Assembly: GCA_043228905.1 (NCBI GenBank)
Contig: JBHGNT010000009.1
Location: 18,476,001 to 18,540,000, forward strand
DNA from: Azolla caroliniana
Lineage: Eukaryota > Plantae > Polypodiophyta
Direction of reading: 5' to 3'
Length of the DNA: 64,000 nucleotides
In this document: piece by piece, positions 37,172 through 50,530 of the stretch
How positions within the stretch are numbered: the first letter of the stretch is position 1
Layout of the letters: the number at the start of each line of letters is the position of its first letter
Program-made: the position numbers and the translations under genes
Notes under the pieces: model-generated
The model's input: the letters and a program-made list of their open reading frames with translations, nothing else
The model's database searches: none
What the model was told of the DNA's origin: nothing

Positions 37172-37380
37172 TAAACACCAAAAAGCCTCAAAACAAGACT
37201 TTAGAGGCTAAGAAGTAGAAGAAAAGGTGACCTTAAAAATAGAAAAATTTATACTTTCACTAGGTAAAATAGCCATGTTTTGCATGAAATAAACTTCAAT
37301 TCATAAAATCATTGACCAACTTCATAATTGTGAAAACGAAGGTGCGGAAGCGTTAGACAACCGGCTTAGCCGGATAGCAA

Positions 37381-37442
<62 letters not shown>

Positions 37443-37454
37443 AACACACAGAAG

Positions 37455-37845
37455 GTATTCAACTTAGTATGTCAACATATCTTGAACGAATTGCACTATA
37501 TGTCGAGCATGTGAAGAGCAAGTGACATTCATCCTCTACCATGCCTTCATTGCATACTTTACATGTCTTCAAATTCGTTACATTTTGATACCATCATGCA
37601 ACTTCAATACCTAACTTGTGAGATCGAGTGCGAAGTAGTGTAAGGGCTCTACGAGCATTGCTACTCATATTGGTAATGAGATAAGGTTGGATACGATCAA
37701 TAGACATTCTTGATTTATATTGAGACCAACATTCAGGGTTGACATTTGCAATGTAGTATTCTAGCTTTGTCCTCTTAGCATCCTCCCACTTCATCCTTAA
37801 TAACTCCACCAACCTTTCCTCAATCATTACATATTGCATAGCAAA
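37455..37845 (-). mobile_element. LINE ORF2 C-terminal zinc-knuckle fragment
   Basis: LTLLRTRSHKLGIE...CKVCNEGMVEDECHLLFTCSTY. Confidence 0.8.
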
Positions 37846-38081
37846 ACACAAAAAAGGTTTCCATTTCCATCAAACTATGGGCAGCCATCCCATCCCATTT
37901 CATGTTATTTGTCCCACATACAAAGGCATATCTATGAAACCCCTAACACACAATATATACATACATGTAGAACTTAGAAGAACAAGGACAAGCCCACAAT
38001 GATATATGTATGTAATGGACACACAAACTTTGGCCCACACACAATAAATGGGCACACATATGCCCATTGCCCATCCCATAT

Positions 38082-38384
38082 GTCCCACATACAATGGCAT
38101 ATGGCCAAGAACCCTATAAATGAACCAAGGGGCACTTGTGCTACACATACAAAAATCATGGCTAAGAGTAAAGTGCTCTTAGCAATGAAAAAAGCCATGG
38201 CTTGCATTGAGCAAGATGTGGCTTGTTGCCTCTTGATCCTCTACTTTCTCTCTGCCTCCAGAAAACTGGAGCAAGAAAGTGAGGAAGAAAGCGAGGAGTA
38301 AGAATAAGGCCAAAATATGGCCTCTCCCGTAGATTGGGAGTGGTCATAACTGGTATAACGTCCATCAGGTGTCCAAGGGACACC
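38082..38384 (+). ncRNA. USE-like/TATA plus hairpin unit, copy 2 (sORF 38158-38301, 47 aa)
   Basis: Same architecture as copy 1, with stem-preserving differences. Confidence 0.45.
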
Positions 38385-39667
38385 ACCCTACCCCCCCAAA
38401 AAAACTCTAAACCCCCTTATTAACATACTCACCCAAATCTTGTATCCATCCAAAACACCCCTAATACATATGTGGAAATCACATGATTCCTTAAATCAAT
38501 CCATGGTCCATTAAGGGGGAAATTCTTATATATCTTTTTCACTTCGACCAACATATTTTTCGCTCACTTAATTTTTGATTAATCGATCCCATTGATTGTG
38601 GTTAGTCAAATTGTCCAATTCATTTACATTATACAAAACACACTAATAACCAATAAAATTCTAGGAGATGTGTTTTGTTGGTGGGACTATTAACAATTAC
38701 ACACACAATTACACAAATAGCTGCCCGCTGATAATTATATTAGAGAGGTAATTCGCATACAACTACCCCGCATATGAATTGTGAGCTTTAAATGATAAGA
38801 GGAGAAAAAGAGTAGGAAAAAAGATGAGTATCCATTACGTATCCCATAGGAGAAATCAGAAGCAAAAGCTGCTGGGTTTGGATGGAATACACAACCTAAA
38901 TTGATGGCTATCAAGTTTAACCCGAGACATCAATGGTGACAGTGACTGTGAGCAGACCATTCTTTTTCAGGAGGAACAGCATTGTTTGATGAGATATTCA
39001 CCAATTCGAAGGAAATTTTAGAGGCCAATGGAGCATTTCTTCTATCTAATCATCCAAGTTTAGTTGTCTTTGAAAATTCGAGAAAACAATTCTCAATCCA
39101 TGTCAGACACGAGACGGGATTAAATTAAATTTCATGATCTACATATAAATTCCATGACACACTACACAAGATTTACACAAAAGCCTGGCATTTTCATATT
39201 CAAAATGCATAATTTTGCTCCTGTTACATAATCCATTATCCATTACAGCCTGGTCCTCTTTAGATGTATATTGAGTTCACATTAGACCAAGTAAAAGGTC
39301 TTCATGACCAATAATGGCCTTTCTCTTGAAGAATTAACGTAATTTAGATCCCAAAACATGCAACACTCCTGTTTTGTTATGCATAAACACATTTTCACAT
39401 TGGAGACAACATTGATGTGGACAAGCTCCCATGCCGGGACATGGTCACAGCCACACACACACACACACACACACAGAATATAAGTAAACTTTGAAAGAAG
39501 TAATATAATAAGGGAAATGTGAAAAATAGAACTTGTTACAACACGGATGGAAGGTTTATAAAGTGTCTTTTAGAAATTAATAAGGTGTCTATGTATTTAA
39601 AGGGCATGAACATTAGAATATATTGAAACAATTAAGAGCTTGTCTCTTGGGTTTCTCACACTTTTGC

Positions 39668-39867
39668 CGTTGGGTTTGTGACCAAAAGATCAATCTCCAA
39701 CAATCTTGACTTTTTTTTCACCAACTTGTGCAGTGAACTTGCTGTAGTGTTCCCAATCATCATTGATCAAATTGGGTCTTCAATTGACCTGATGGGATAC
39801 TCAATGAAGGACTTAGTACAGATCAATTCAATTGATCTCCAGTTATATTTTGGCTGCTATTACTGTT
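39668..39867 (-). pseudogene. ENO: Enolase exon fragment
   Basis: Same exon as 28395-28596. Confidence 0.88.
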
Positions 39868-40871
39868 CTAAGCATAAAAGAAAACATAATACAACTTCAG
39901 AATATAAAGCACAGATCATAATGGTTACAAAATGCATGGATAAGACTTTATACACCATTTAGACAGTTAGTTGAGTTTCAGTGGTATATACCATTTCCGT
40001 GGTTCTGATGGAAAATCAGGAGAATACACTCTCATATCTGAATTATGATGGCTTTTCCCAGCTCTTCAAGCACTCGCATAGAGTTTCTTCGAAAGAATTA
40101 GGGTTTGACATTGGAGAAGAATATGGTACAAAAGAAAAAGACGCAGATGATGATGATGATGATGATGATGGTAGTGGTGGCGACGAGGAAGAAAACACAG
40201 CCGCCATGCCATGGAGGAGGTAAGTTTTGTTTGTTTCTGGTGACTACTTTCAAGACGCAAATAATAGGAGAGAATAGAATAGAGATTTCTGAGGGAGAAA
40301 CTGTAAAATGGTTTTCGGTGAAGAAGAAGAAGAAGAAGAAGAGAGGAGTGATATATAAGAGTTATTCTGAGAGAGAAACCAAAGTTTTGCTTGATAGTTT
40401 TGCTTTAATTCATTGTAGCAGGAGAAGGAAGGCGCAATGGAGTGAGTCTCAAAGTTTTCAGTTCAGAGAAGGGGATGGCGTTGGGTGTCTCAGAAACCCT
40501 AACTAATTATAATTAGGTTTATTAAATTAATTAGGACGCGCCTGCCAGAAGCAAATGCCCAACCTTCTCTTCTGCTCTGTTTGTGTTCTGTCTGTCTCTC
40601 TCTGCCCAAATGAGAAAAGAAAGGAAAACACACAGAAAGAAAGGTTTCCATTTCCATCAATAAATTATGGGCAGCCATTTCATTTCATTTCATTTGTCCC
40701 ACATACACGTAGAATGGGGGCAGGCACGAAGAAGAAGGAGAAGCCCACAATAATATGTATATGTAATGGACACACAAACTTTTGGCCTAAATGTCACAAT
40801 ACATGTAGAAATGGGCAGACATATGCCCATCCCATTTAATGTCCCACATACAAATGGCATCTATCCCATAT

Positions 40872-41173
40872 GTCCCACATACAATGGCATATGGCCACGA
40901 ACCCTATAAATAGGGACTAGGGGTCCACTTGTGCTACACATACAAAAATCATGGCTAAGAACAAAGTGCTCTTAGCTATGAAAAAGGCCATGGCTTGCAT
41001 TGAGCAAGATGTGGCTTATTGCCTCTTACTCCTCTCCGTCCTCTCCGCCTTCAGAAAAGTGGAGCAAGAAAGAAGGGAAGAAAGGAGTAAGAATAAGGCC
41101 AAAATATGGCCTCTCCCATAAATCGGGAGTGGCCATAACTGGTATAACGCCCATCAGGTGTCCAGGGGACACC
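40872..41173 (+). ncRNA. USE-like/TATA plus hairpin unit, copy 3 (sORF 40951-41121, same 56 aa as copy 1)
   Basis: Nearly identical to copy 1. Confidence 0.45.
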
Positions 41174-42544
41174 ACCCCCCCCAAAACCCAAAACCCAAGG
41201 AGGAGTAAAAATATGGCCCTTGCCATAAATCGAGAATGTTCATTGGACCCCCCCCACACTCAAATCAATCCATTGTCCTTGTCATGCATTCCCTATATAT
41301 CGGGTTGTTTCAACCAAGCCTAACCCACCATGTCATTTATGTTGAATTGCTCCACAAATCCAAACATACTTACATGAAATTTATTTCACTATGACCCAAT
41401 TCATCATAATTTGACCTAAAAACATGAAGATAAACACTACGATTATTAGAACGGTTGTAACGAGGCGACAATCCTCCCCGATGAATATACCTTCCAATTC
41501 CACAATCTCTTTGATTCCCCTCATTCAAATTCTTGGCACAATCCTTCGTCTCACAAAGAAGGGTGGAACAAGGGCCCCAAAAACTTCCCCCAACCACGAC
41601 AAACAAAAGTTATTGGGCTTGGATGGAATACAACAAATTCTGGCTCAAGTGGTGTAAACTCGGGGACATTGATTGTGAGCACACCATTCTCCATGGTTGT
41701 GACCCACACACTCACTTAATAATATGTGATTAAAATTAGTCACGGGGACTCCACTATATATAAGAAGGTTGTATCACGTGCCTTTATGACATAATTTATA
41801 AACTCCTTATACGTATGTTTTTTCTTCTATTCTAGTGACCCTTTTGTTGGAAAAAGATTAATAAAAATACCCCTTATTAATAATATATTTTTTGATAACC
41901 ACCCATTTTAAATACCCTTACATATAAAATATACGTGCACACATAGTTTCCAATCCTAAAACGGATCAATGACCATCTTTACAATTGATGACTCACAAAA
42001 TTATGAATGAACATTAAACATCATATGCAAATTCCTAACAATTTTGCATTGATGAATCTTGAATACGCTATCTTCTATAAATTCTGCTCTAACCAAATGA
42101 AAAATATCACGCTTCGTGTAGATCGTTTCTAAATTTTAAATGACGTCATCCTTTTTGACAACTACATTGAAATACACATCATACAACGACTAGGCATCAT
42201 CACATTCTGGCCTCTACTCGCTTATATTCAAATAGGCTAGATAGGTGCACGACGAGCGTAAGAAAGAAAGGCATTGTTCATATGTTCCCTCGAGCGAATG
42301 CGCATTAGCGGGATCGTCGTGATCGATGATTACTTCAAATACATGATGTTATCCCTTCCCTAATCCACGCATGTATTTATTGCGCAACATTACCAAGTAC
42401 TCTTGATCGATGATTACTTCAAATACATGATGTTATCCCTTCCCTAATCCACGCATGTATTGATTGCGCAACATTACCAAGTACTCACCAAGTACTCTGT
42501 CATCGTTGTACTCTGATTCTCAAGAAGAGGAACCTAATCTTAAT

Positions 42545-42617
42545 CAATCCTACTAGGGATCGAACCTAGAATCTCTTGTTTCGTAAACCAACGCCTTGTC
42601 CATTGGGCCATAGGATC
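42545..42617 (-). tRNA. tRNA-Arg(ACG)-derived, probable pseudogene
   Basis: GATCCTATGGCCCAATGGACAAGGCGTTGGTTTACGAAACAAGAGATTCTAGGTTCGATCCCTAGTAGGATTG. Confidence 0.85.
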
Positions 42618-42886
42618 TTAGGTTTTCTGTTGGTTTTACTTCCATAAAGGATCAAGATTAACATGCAATACACCTTTGAGGAGGATTTTGTGCCAAATAA
42701 ACCATTCCATTTCTTTTCCCTAAACATCATCATCCTCACAAATGATGAATGAATGCATCCAGCCAAAACAATGGATACAAGAGTTGATTCACATTTTCTA
42801 GATGGTTGAGACGAATGCGCATTATGACTCCATGATTCTTAATCGTCGTGTTCTTGACGTCGTACACTAAGATCACGATTCTAAAC

Positions 42887-42959
42887 CGATCCTACTAGGG
42901 GTCGAACCTAGAATCTTTGGTTTCAAAGACCAACACCTCATCCACTAGACCATAGAATG
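42887..42959 (-). tRNA. tRNA-Arg(ACG)-family body with anticodon TTG, pseudogene-like
   Basis: CATTCTATGGTCTAGTGGATGAGGTGTTGGTCTTTGAAACCAAAGATTCTAGGTTCGACCCCTAGTAGGATCG. A 3' remnant of the same variant lies at 10695-10718. Confidence 0.75.
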
Positions 42960-45155
42960 TTCGACCTATGATTAAATAGAAGATACCGCATATGAATGTA
43001 TACGATCTCATATTTCTCATCATATTTCTTAAGCATCGTATTTTTCATAGTATCTATTGTCTCTTATCTTACCACTATATTCCTAGCCACATTACATAGA
43101 TGAGCTTAAATGGGTTTATCGGATAAAGGTATGCGGTGTGACGTATGTAATCCATAGAAAAGCATTCATGACCATACAAATGACCTTAAAGAAGAGTTTT
43201 TGTCTCAAACTATCAATCTCTAATGTCTAGATACCGTTCTCATTTAGTCATGCCACCTGCTAGATTCTTCCACTAGTAATTAATTCTACATGACTAACCA
43301 AATGAAAAGTATTGGTAGCCTTCGTGCACACATAGTTTCCAATCCAAGAAGGGATCAATGACCATCTTTACAATTGATGACTCGCAAAATTATAAATGAA
43401 CATTAAACATCATATGCAAATTCCTAGAAATCCTTCATCAAGTGCCACATAGATTAAAAACATAATGTGTAGGATGCCTATGTTGAATTCGGGTTCTATG
43501 AGGCTCACACGGAGGGTATGTGCTCGGGTAATGCTATGCTCTTCGGATGATGTGGTGTTTTGGAGTTGTTTTTCTTGTTTCCTTTACACATATTGTTTTC
43601 CTTTTGACACTCAAGTTGGCCTGTAAGATATGAGTTGTATATTATCCTATGTACATTGCCTTAACTAATGGAAGTAGGTTTTTTTTGGAAAAAAGAAAAA
43701 CAATGTGTAAAGTATAAAGTAATGCACGCACAATTAGGAACATTACCCAAAAACACCAGACGTATAACATATATAAGCCACATATAAGTTTTATATTTAG
43801 TTTATTGAGACATATGGAGAATATAGAGTGATAAAAAACAATGTAATTTACAAAAAAACAATCTTGAACTTGATATATATATCTCTAAGAGCACACAAGG
43901 AACAATCTAAAATGCATATCAATAATGAAATTACTAACAATTTAACATTATGTTTGGTTTCATGGATAAACTTATATGAAGCCATAACATTATTTTTTCT
44001 CAAACACATTGATCAAACAAATGGCAACCTATTTTATATTTCCATTTGAAATGTAAGACATCATCTATTTATATATTTTTACCCAAATCAAAATCAAAAT
44101 GAAATAAAATAAATTATTTTGTTATTGCATTGTCTACTTAAAAAACTTATTACAATAAAGGTTACTCTCATAAAGACCAACTATATAAAAAGAAAACCCT
44201 AAAAAGTTCATTTTAGGATATAAATTTCATGTCGTTTCCATCTTCAATGTTGGACCTGTATTATAACATGTAACACCGAAGGAAATAAATCTTAATATAC
44301 ATGGAAGTAAAAAATATCTTAAATGAATCAGAAAAATATATTTGAAATATCGTAGGTTTATATTTGGTTTCTACTCTTTTCTCCTTTTCTTGTTAAAATA
44401 AAAAGCATAAACATTAAGTTACTTTAATATATATTATATATTATATATGTACATACATGTATGCAAGTATATAATTCCAAACAACTTATATATACATCCC
44501 TGGATTTCATTTCTAAAAGAAAATCGTTGAAAACTTTACAATCACTTTCGTTTAACATATACTTATCACATTTTGCATTATATGTGAGGCATTGGAATCA
44601 TGTGATTTGTACAGAGGGACATGGAAATATCTCCATGCCTCCATCATTACAGAAACCCTTAATTGCAATTTGGCATTGGAATCATGTGATTTATACAGAC
44701 TCCATGCCTCCATCATTACATTACACAACGCGTAACATAAATTGATTGAAATCATCCACGGTAAATAGAAATGGACAAAACATATTCCAATGACAGCATG
44801 ACATGAATCAGTTGGTAGCTTCCAGAGTAAAAACATATAAAGAGACAAATCAGAGGTGAATTAGGAATATATTGTTCAAAATTGGATTCAAACAAGGCCT
44901 AATTACACAGCCTTCATATTGAGGCTTCTCTCCCTTTGTATACATAATTAACACAAAAAAATGGATCAAAAAATACCATTGGTTTTCATCGTTATTTAGG
45001 GCAATACCATCAGTTTTGCGTGTTATTTAATTTAATGCTAGTTTTACTAGCAAACACTTAGGCTTAAACATGAATCAAATAATGATCCATCGGGAGCATA
45101 TCGTCTGGTTCCAGTAATTTATTATACAACGTTATTGTTATTATTATTCAATTTT

Positions 45156-45674
45156 CTTAGCCTCTCCGATCCGCAAGGTGCGCCAGTCTTAATTTGTTCC
45201 TGCTATTATTTTGCAGTTAAAATTAGTGAAAACGAATAAAATAACACTCACACAAACTTCACTAGATTGAACATATTTCGAACACTTAGAAAGCTGAGTT
45301 TATTTACCATGCACACACACCCAGAGCCAAATCAGCAGCAATAAAAGTATCCATTCCTGTGACAAGTCATCACAGTTCCCCAACCAGCCTGCTTCTACAT
45401 CTTTACCCCCCTCTATGCTCTCAGATACTGAACCTATTTTGGTTCACCTACACATATGGTTTACATTTCAGTTATGAAAAGGAATCGAAATCCCACTAAA
45501 TTCTTGCATATCTAGCTAAAATTTGCCAAACATTGAGCCAAAATCCACCAAATTCTTTGCAAATCTAACTATATATAATGTTCAAGAAAACTGTCATAAA
45601 CTTGAGCCACTATTGCCTTCAAAAGAAGTGCATTGCATGATGATTCCTTGATTGCCTTAAGTACTCTCTGCCCA

Positions 45675-45724
<50 letters not shown>

Positions 45725-46101
45725 AAGTAAACTTTGAAAGAAGTAATATAGAAAGGGAAATGTGAAAAATAGAAGGATGGACGGTTTATAAAGTGTCTTT
45801 TAGAAACTAATAAGGTGTCTTATGTATTTAAAGTGCATGAACATTAGAATATATTGAAACAATTAAGAGCTTGTCTCTTGGGTTTCTCACACTTTTGCCG
45901 TTGGGTTTGTGACCAAAAGATCAATCTCCAACAATCTCGACTTTTTTTTCACCAACTTGTGCAGTGAACTTGTTGTAGTGTTCCCAATCATCATTGATCA
46001 AATTGGGTCTTCAATTGACCTGATGGGATACTGCTCAATGAAGGACTTAGTACAGATCAATTCAATTGATCTCCAGTTATATTTTGGCTGCCATTACTGT
46101 T
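45156..46101 (-). pseudogene. ENO: Enolase 3'-half fragment with introns
   Basis: Includes QIKTGAPCGSERL and KAIKESSCNALLLK. Confidence 0.92.
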
Positions 46102-46986
46102 CTAAGCATAAAAGAAAACATAATACAACTTCAGAATATAAAGCACGGATCGGAATGGTAACAAAATGAGTGAATATATAACTGCATAATATAAAGCACA
46201 GATCATAATGGTTACAAAATGCATGGATAAGACTTTATACACCATTTAGACAGTTAGTTGAGTTTCAGTGGTATATACCATTTCCGTGGTTCTGATGGAA
46301 AATCAGGAGAATACACTCTCATATCTGAATTATGATGGCTTTTCCCAGCTCTTCAAGCACTTGCAAAGAGCTTCTTCGAAAGAATCAGGGTTTGACATTG
46401 GCGAAGAAGCAGATGATGATGATGATGATGATGATGATGGTAGTGGTGGTGACTAGGAAGAAAACACAGCCGCCATGCCATGGAGGAGGTCGAGAAGCCA
46501 CATCCTGCACAGTCAAGAAGCAAAAATAGGAGAGAATAGAATAGAGATTTCTGAGGGAGAAACCCTAAAATGGTGTAAAATTAATTATATAGGAACCCTA
46601 ATTAATTAGGTTTATTAAAAACTGTAAATTATATATGTATAGGACGCGCCTGCCAGAAGCAAATGCCCAACCTTCTCTTCTGCTCTTCTGCTCTGCTCTG
46701 TTTGTGTTCTGTATACATACAGACAAACTTTGGGCCCACACCATGAGAAGAAGAAGAATATGGGCAGGCATCCCATCCCATTTCATTTCATTTGTCCCAC
46801 ATACAAAGGCCACAAATTATACAATACAGACAAGTAGAAGAAGAAGAAACGAATGATTTATGTATATATGTAATGGACACACAAATTTTGGGCTCAGATG
46901 TCACAATATGTACATGTAAAAATAAATGGGCAGACATATGGCCATCCCATTTTATGTCCCACATACAAATGGCATTCATCCCATAT

Positions 46987-47284
46987 GTCCCACATACAAT
47001 GGCATATGGCCACGAACCCTATAAATAGGGACTAGGGGCCCACTTGTGCTGCTCACATACCAAAATCATGGCTAAGAATAAAGTGTTCTTAGCAATGAAA
47101 AAAGCCATGGCTTGCATTGAGCAAGATGTGGCTTGTTGCCTCTTGCTCCTCTACTCCCTCTCCGCCTCTAGAAAACTAGAGGAAGAAAGAAAGGAGAGAG
47201 AAAGGAGGAGTAAGAATAAGGCCGCTCCCATAAACGGGAGTGGCCATATATGATATAACGCCCATCAGGTGTCCAGGGGACACC
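46987..47284 (+). ncRNA. USE-like/TATA plus hairpin unit, copy 4 (sORF 47068-47253, 61 aa)
   Basis: Same architecture; inner stem CCTCTAG-AAAA-CTAGAGG. Confidence 0.45.
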
Positions 47285-47741
47285 ACCCCCCCTTAATACA
47301 CCCATCCAAATCCTCAATCCATCCAAAAACCCCTCTAATACGTGCATGGAAATCACATGATTCCTCAAATCAATCCATGCTCCTTGTCATGCATTCCCAA
47401 TGTCTCTAGATATAACTGTTTCTTGTCTTTGTCCACGTCTCTCATGACTTTAGCACATGGAAAGCCCAAACTAATTCATCTTCCGCACGGATTCACGAAC
47501 CGCATGTTCCACATCCTTTGCAATTTGTGAGAACCTCATTGATCTTGCAAATTGTGAGGACCTCGTTGATCTTCCCGTGTTTACGATAGCTTTGCACAAA
47601 AATGATGCGATCTTCAATGGTTTCAATGGTTGTTTCAACCAAGCCTAACCCACCATGTCATCTATGTTTAATAGCTCTTCAGTTCCAAACATACTTACAT
47701 GAATATTATTTCATAATGATCCCATTCATCATAATTTGACC

Positions 47742-47940
47742 TCCAGTCAATGCTATTGGTCGAAGAAAATCACGTCCGAACGAGGAGCAATGTATTAGAA
47801 GGACACATGCTCTATTCAAATTCGGATGGAGGAAGGGGACACTACCATGGAAGAAGAGGTTGTTTCGGCCAAGGTCGAAACAACCAAGGACAACCCCCTG
47901 AACAAAACTTATATTACCGACAAGATGTCGCAAACACGTG
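47742..47940 (+). mobile_element. Copia gag fragment
   Basis: LQSMLLVEENH..., homologous to the gag region in ORF 6901-7551. Confidence 0.8.
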
Positions 47941-47949
47941 ATAACATCA

Positions 47950-48776
47950 TTAGCACATGTTTTGTGATCATGTTATGAACCATGGTTTGTAGTATGTCAT
48001 GAGAAAATGTTTCAAGCTTGGTTTGTGATGCCAATATTAGCATATGTCTGTGATCATGTTAATTAATCATGGTTAGTGGGTGATGATGATGGTGATGGTG
48101 AGGAGTGGGAAGATACATATTGGGACATTTGTTTAAACCGAGTATAGAGATTGCTTTACAACTACAATGGGTTGCAAGGATTTCTTTTGTTTAATGTGGT
48201 TGGAGGAGGATTGGGGTTAGGTCTCAGTTCATTATTGTGAAAATGCATGTTGGTCGATTGCAGCAAGAAATCGAAGCTTTTATTCGCCATTTAACCTCTA
48301 TCTCAGGTTTTAAATGAATATTTCTAAGCTAACCGGAGAATTCATGTTTAAGGGTTGTTTTCAATGAAGGTTAAATTTATGTTAAATGATGCATTTTGGG
48401 GGCCTAGGGTTTATACATGTCCATGAAATGCTAAGGTTTGGGCAATCAGGGTTTAGGGATTAGGATCATTGTAAGAAGGATAATTCATGGAGAGATCATA
48501 ATATAATTCGCAGAATCCTAAGTGATTATGTAATTTGGGCTTATTAATCCAAATGTTAGGTCTCTACGTCGTAGTAGAGCATTACAACATTGGGTTATCA
48601 ATACACTCCCTTATAGAACACATGGAGATCACCGTCCTACTCGACAATGAGGCCATTTACAACATCTATCGTCACTCCCTAGGAATTAAGTGCGCAAACC
48701 TACACCAACCTCAATAGCCTCATGTCTCAAACCATATCATCCATCACAATTTCGCTACGTTTCAATAGTGCCTTGA
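47950..48776 (+). pseudogene. TUA: Inverted partial duplicate of the neighbouring alpha-tubulin (end of intron 2, exon 3, intron 3, start of exon 4)
   Basis: NGLQGFLLFNVVGGG and [21 protein letters not shown]. The intron sequences match the reverse complement of 51480-52505. Confidence 0.93.
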
Positions 48777-49139
48777 TAGTGAGGCCATCTACAACATCAA
48801 TAGAGATGAGGCATCTACGTATACTTTTAAATGCTTACGTATACACGTACGAATTACATGTAGATGTACTGGTACATCATATAATGTAGGTCAAAGAAAA
48901 AATGTCTTTGATAATGAGTGCCATGAAGCTCGAATGTGATTTATGAGTTTGGATGTATTGACGGATGAGGAAAATTATCAAAAACATTTGCATGAGTATA
49001 ACAGACATATTGACAAAAAGGGAAGAATATGGGAAGTTACTCAACAATTTTCCCAAACACAAGAAAAAGCACATGCATGTGAGAAATTTTGGACAAACCT
49101 TAAGGGGAAACATGTTGAGAGTTAAGGTGATTAAATCTT

Positions 49140-49730
49140 TATAATATATATATACACCCTTTTGTTCATGACAAGAGATTCACAAAAGCTTATGAAGACA
49201 TTGGAAGAATTTTGTACACATACTAAGTTGAGGGTCGATAACTCTAAAAGAAGCTCATGTTTGTGAAGAGCCCAAAATAAGGATAATCCTTATACTATAT
49301 AATATTGAGCCACTTTATAGAAAACTTTAAATACCTTGGCCTTGAAATTCATTCAAATCATAGATGGAATAAATGTGTTACTTGGCACGCTTCGAGGTGG
49401 GAAGAGAGCATGCATCTCTTTAGAAATAGCTTTTTTGAAACTTTAGTGACATTAGTGCTTCTCTTGGGCAGTCACACCCATAACTTATAACTAGTTTCTT
49501 ATTACAAAATTTCTGTAAGTTGAGAAATAAATGTCATAAACCCTCATTGAAACGTGATCACCTTCCATTCATATAATAGACAAGGAAAGGGGTGTTGAGT
49601 ACATGTTAAAGGTTCAAGAAAGTCCTTCACATCAACTTCTTAGAGTCGCATAGGAAGTGAGCCAAACGATTTAAAAGACACACAAAAGCAATTTTTTGTG
49701 TTATGATTGGATACAATATTTGAAAAAAAC
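49140..49730 (+). mobile_element. Decayed LINE reverse-transcriptase C-terminal fragment
   Basis: LMKTLEEFCTHTKLRV...ENFKYLGLEI...FETLV. Confidence 0.65.
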
Positions 49731-50437
49731 TGACTAGTCAATTGTGTGTTGCATTCCAATGACAAAATCATTTCCATCTCCATACACAAAAGTCACATTT
49801 ACATGTGTAAGCATGTCCCCTAGTTCTCAAATTATACCATTGCTTCCTCTTGGAATGAGTGGCATTGTAATTTGTGGGATGAGGCATAATGGGGCAATGG
49901 TCATGCAACTTTCAATAACATGGGGTTCGTTTTTACTACATTTTCAACCCTAGGTTTATCCATACATGTCGTTTTTTACATTCAAATTTGAACAATTATT
50001 GAGCGACCAATTTCTAGAACATACATCAAAATGTATTTGTTAGTTCCATGAGTTATATTTGATCCCCAAGGACAATGATGAATTTGCATATCTTCAGATC
50101 AGTTGTAACTTTTTGCTTCCACTAAAAAAGATTAAAAGATTATGTGAAAGATAAGGAGCATAATTAATCAAAAATCTTTGGGTGATATGATAAAGAAGTT
50201 CCCTACATGTTGCACACCAATTCGGTTCACGGGTTATCATGTGGGAAAGGTAATTTAAGTGAGACAGGCCGACAAAATTGTTGCCGATCATATTATAATG
50301 TGAATAGGACGTAGATGGAAATGCAGACATATAGAGAAAGGCTTCAACAAGGGTAAGTGTGAACTCATGAATGCGTGGAGTTCATGAAGAAACATTTGAA
50401 AAACCTTTATTTCAATGAATGAACGGGCCAAGAGATG

Positions 50438-50476
<39 letters not shown>

Positions 50477-50530
50477 AGTAAAATTTGCATCTTCAAGCTA
50501 GGATAAGAAAAATGTAACAAAAATGAAGAG

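Larger units (their letters stand above)
39545..41722. repeat. Mosaic module, copy B
   Basis: Highly similar to 28272-30120, with an extra block (~39900-40310) shared with copy C. Confidence 0.92.
42040..43322. repeat. tRNA-bearing repeat unit flanked by 104-bp direct repeats (41934-42037, 43323-43426)
   Basis: Homologous to 9590-11540; the flanking repeats are read directly. Confidence 0.88.
44597..47741. repeat. Mosaic module, copy C
   Basis: Collinear with 27122-29820. Confidence 0.92.
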
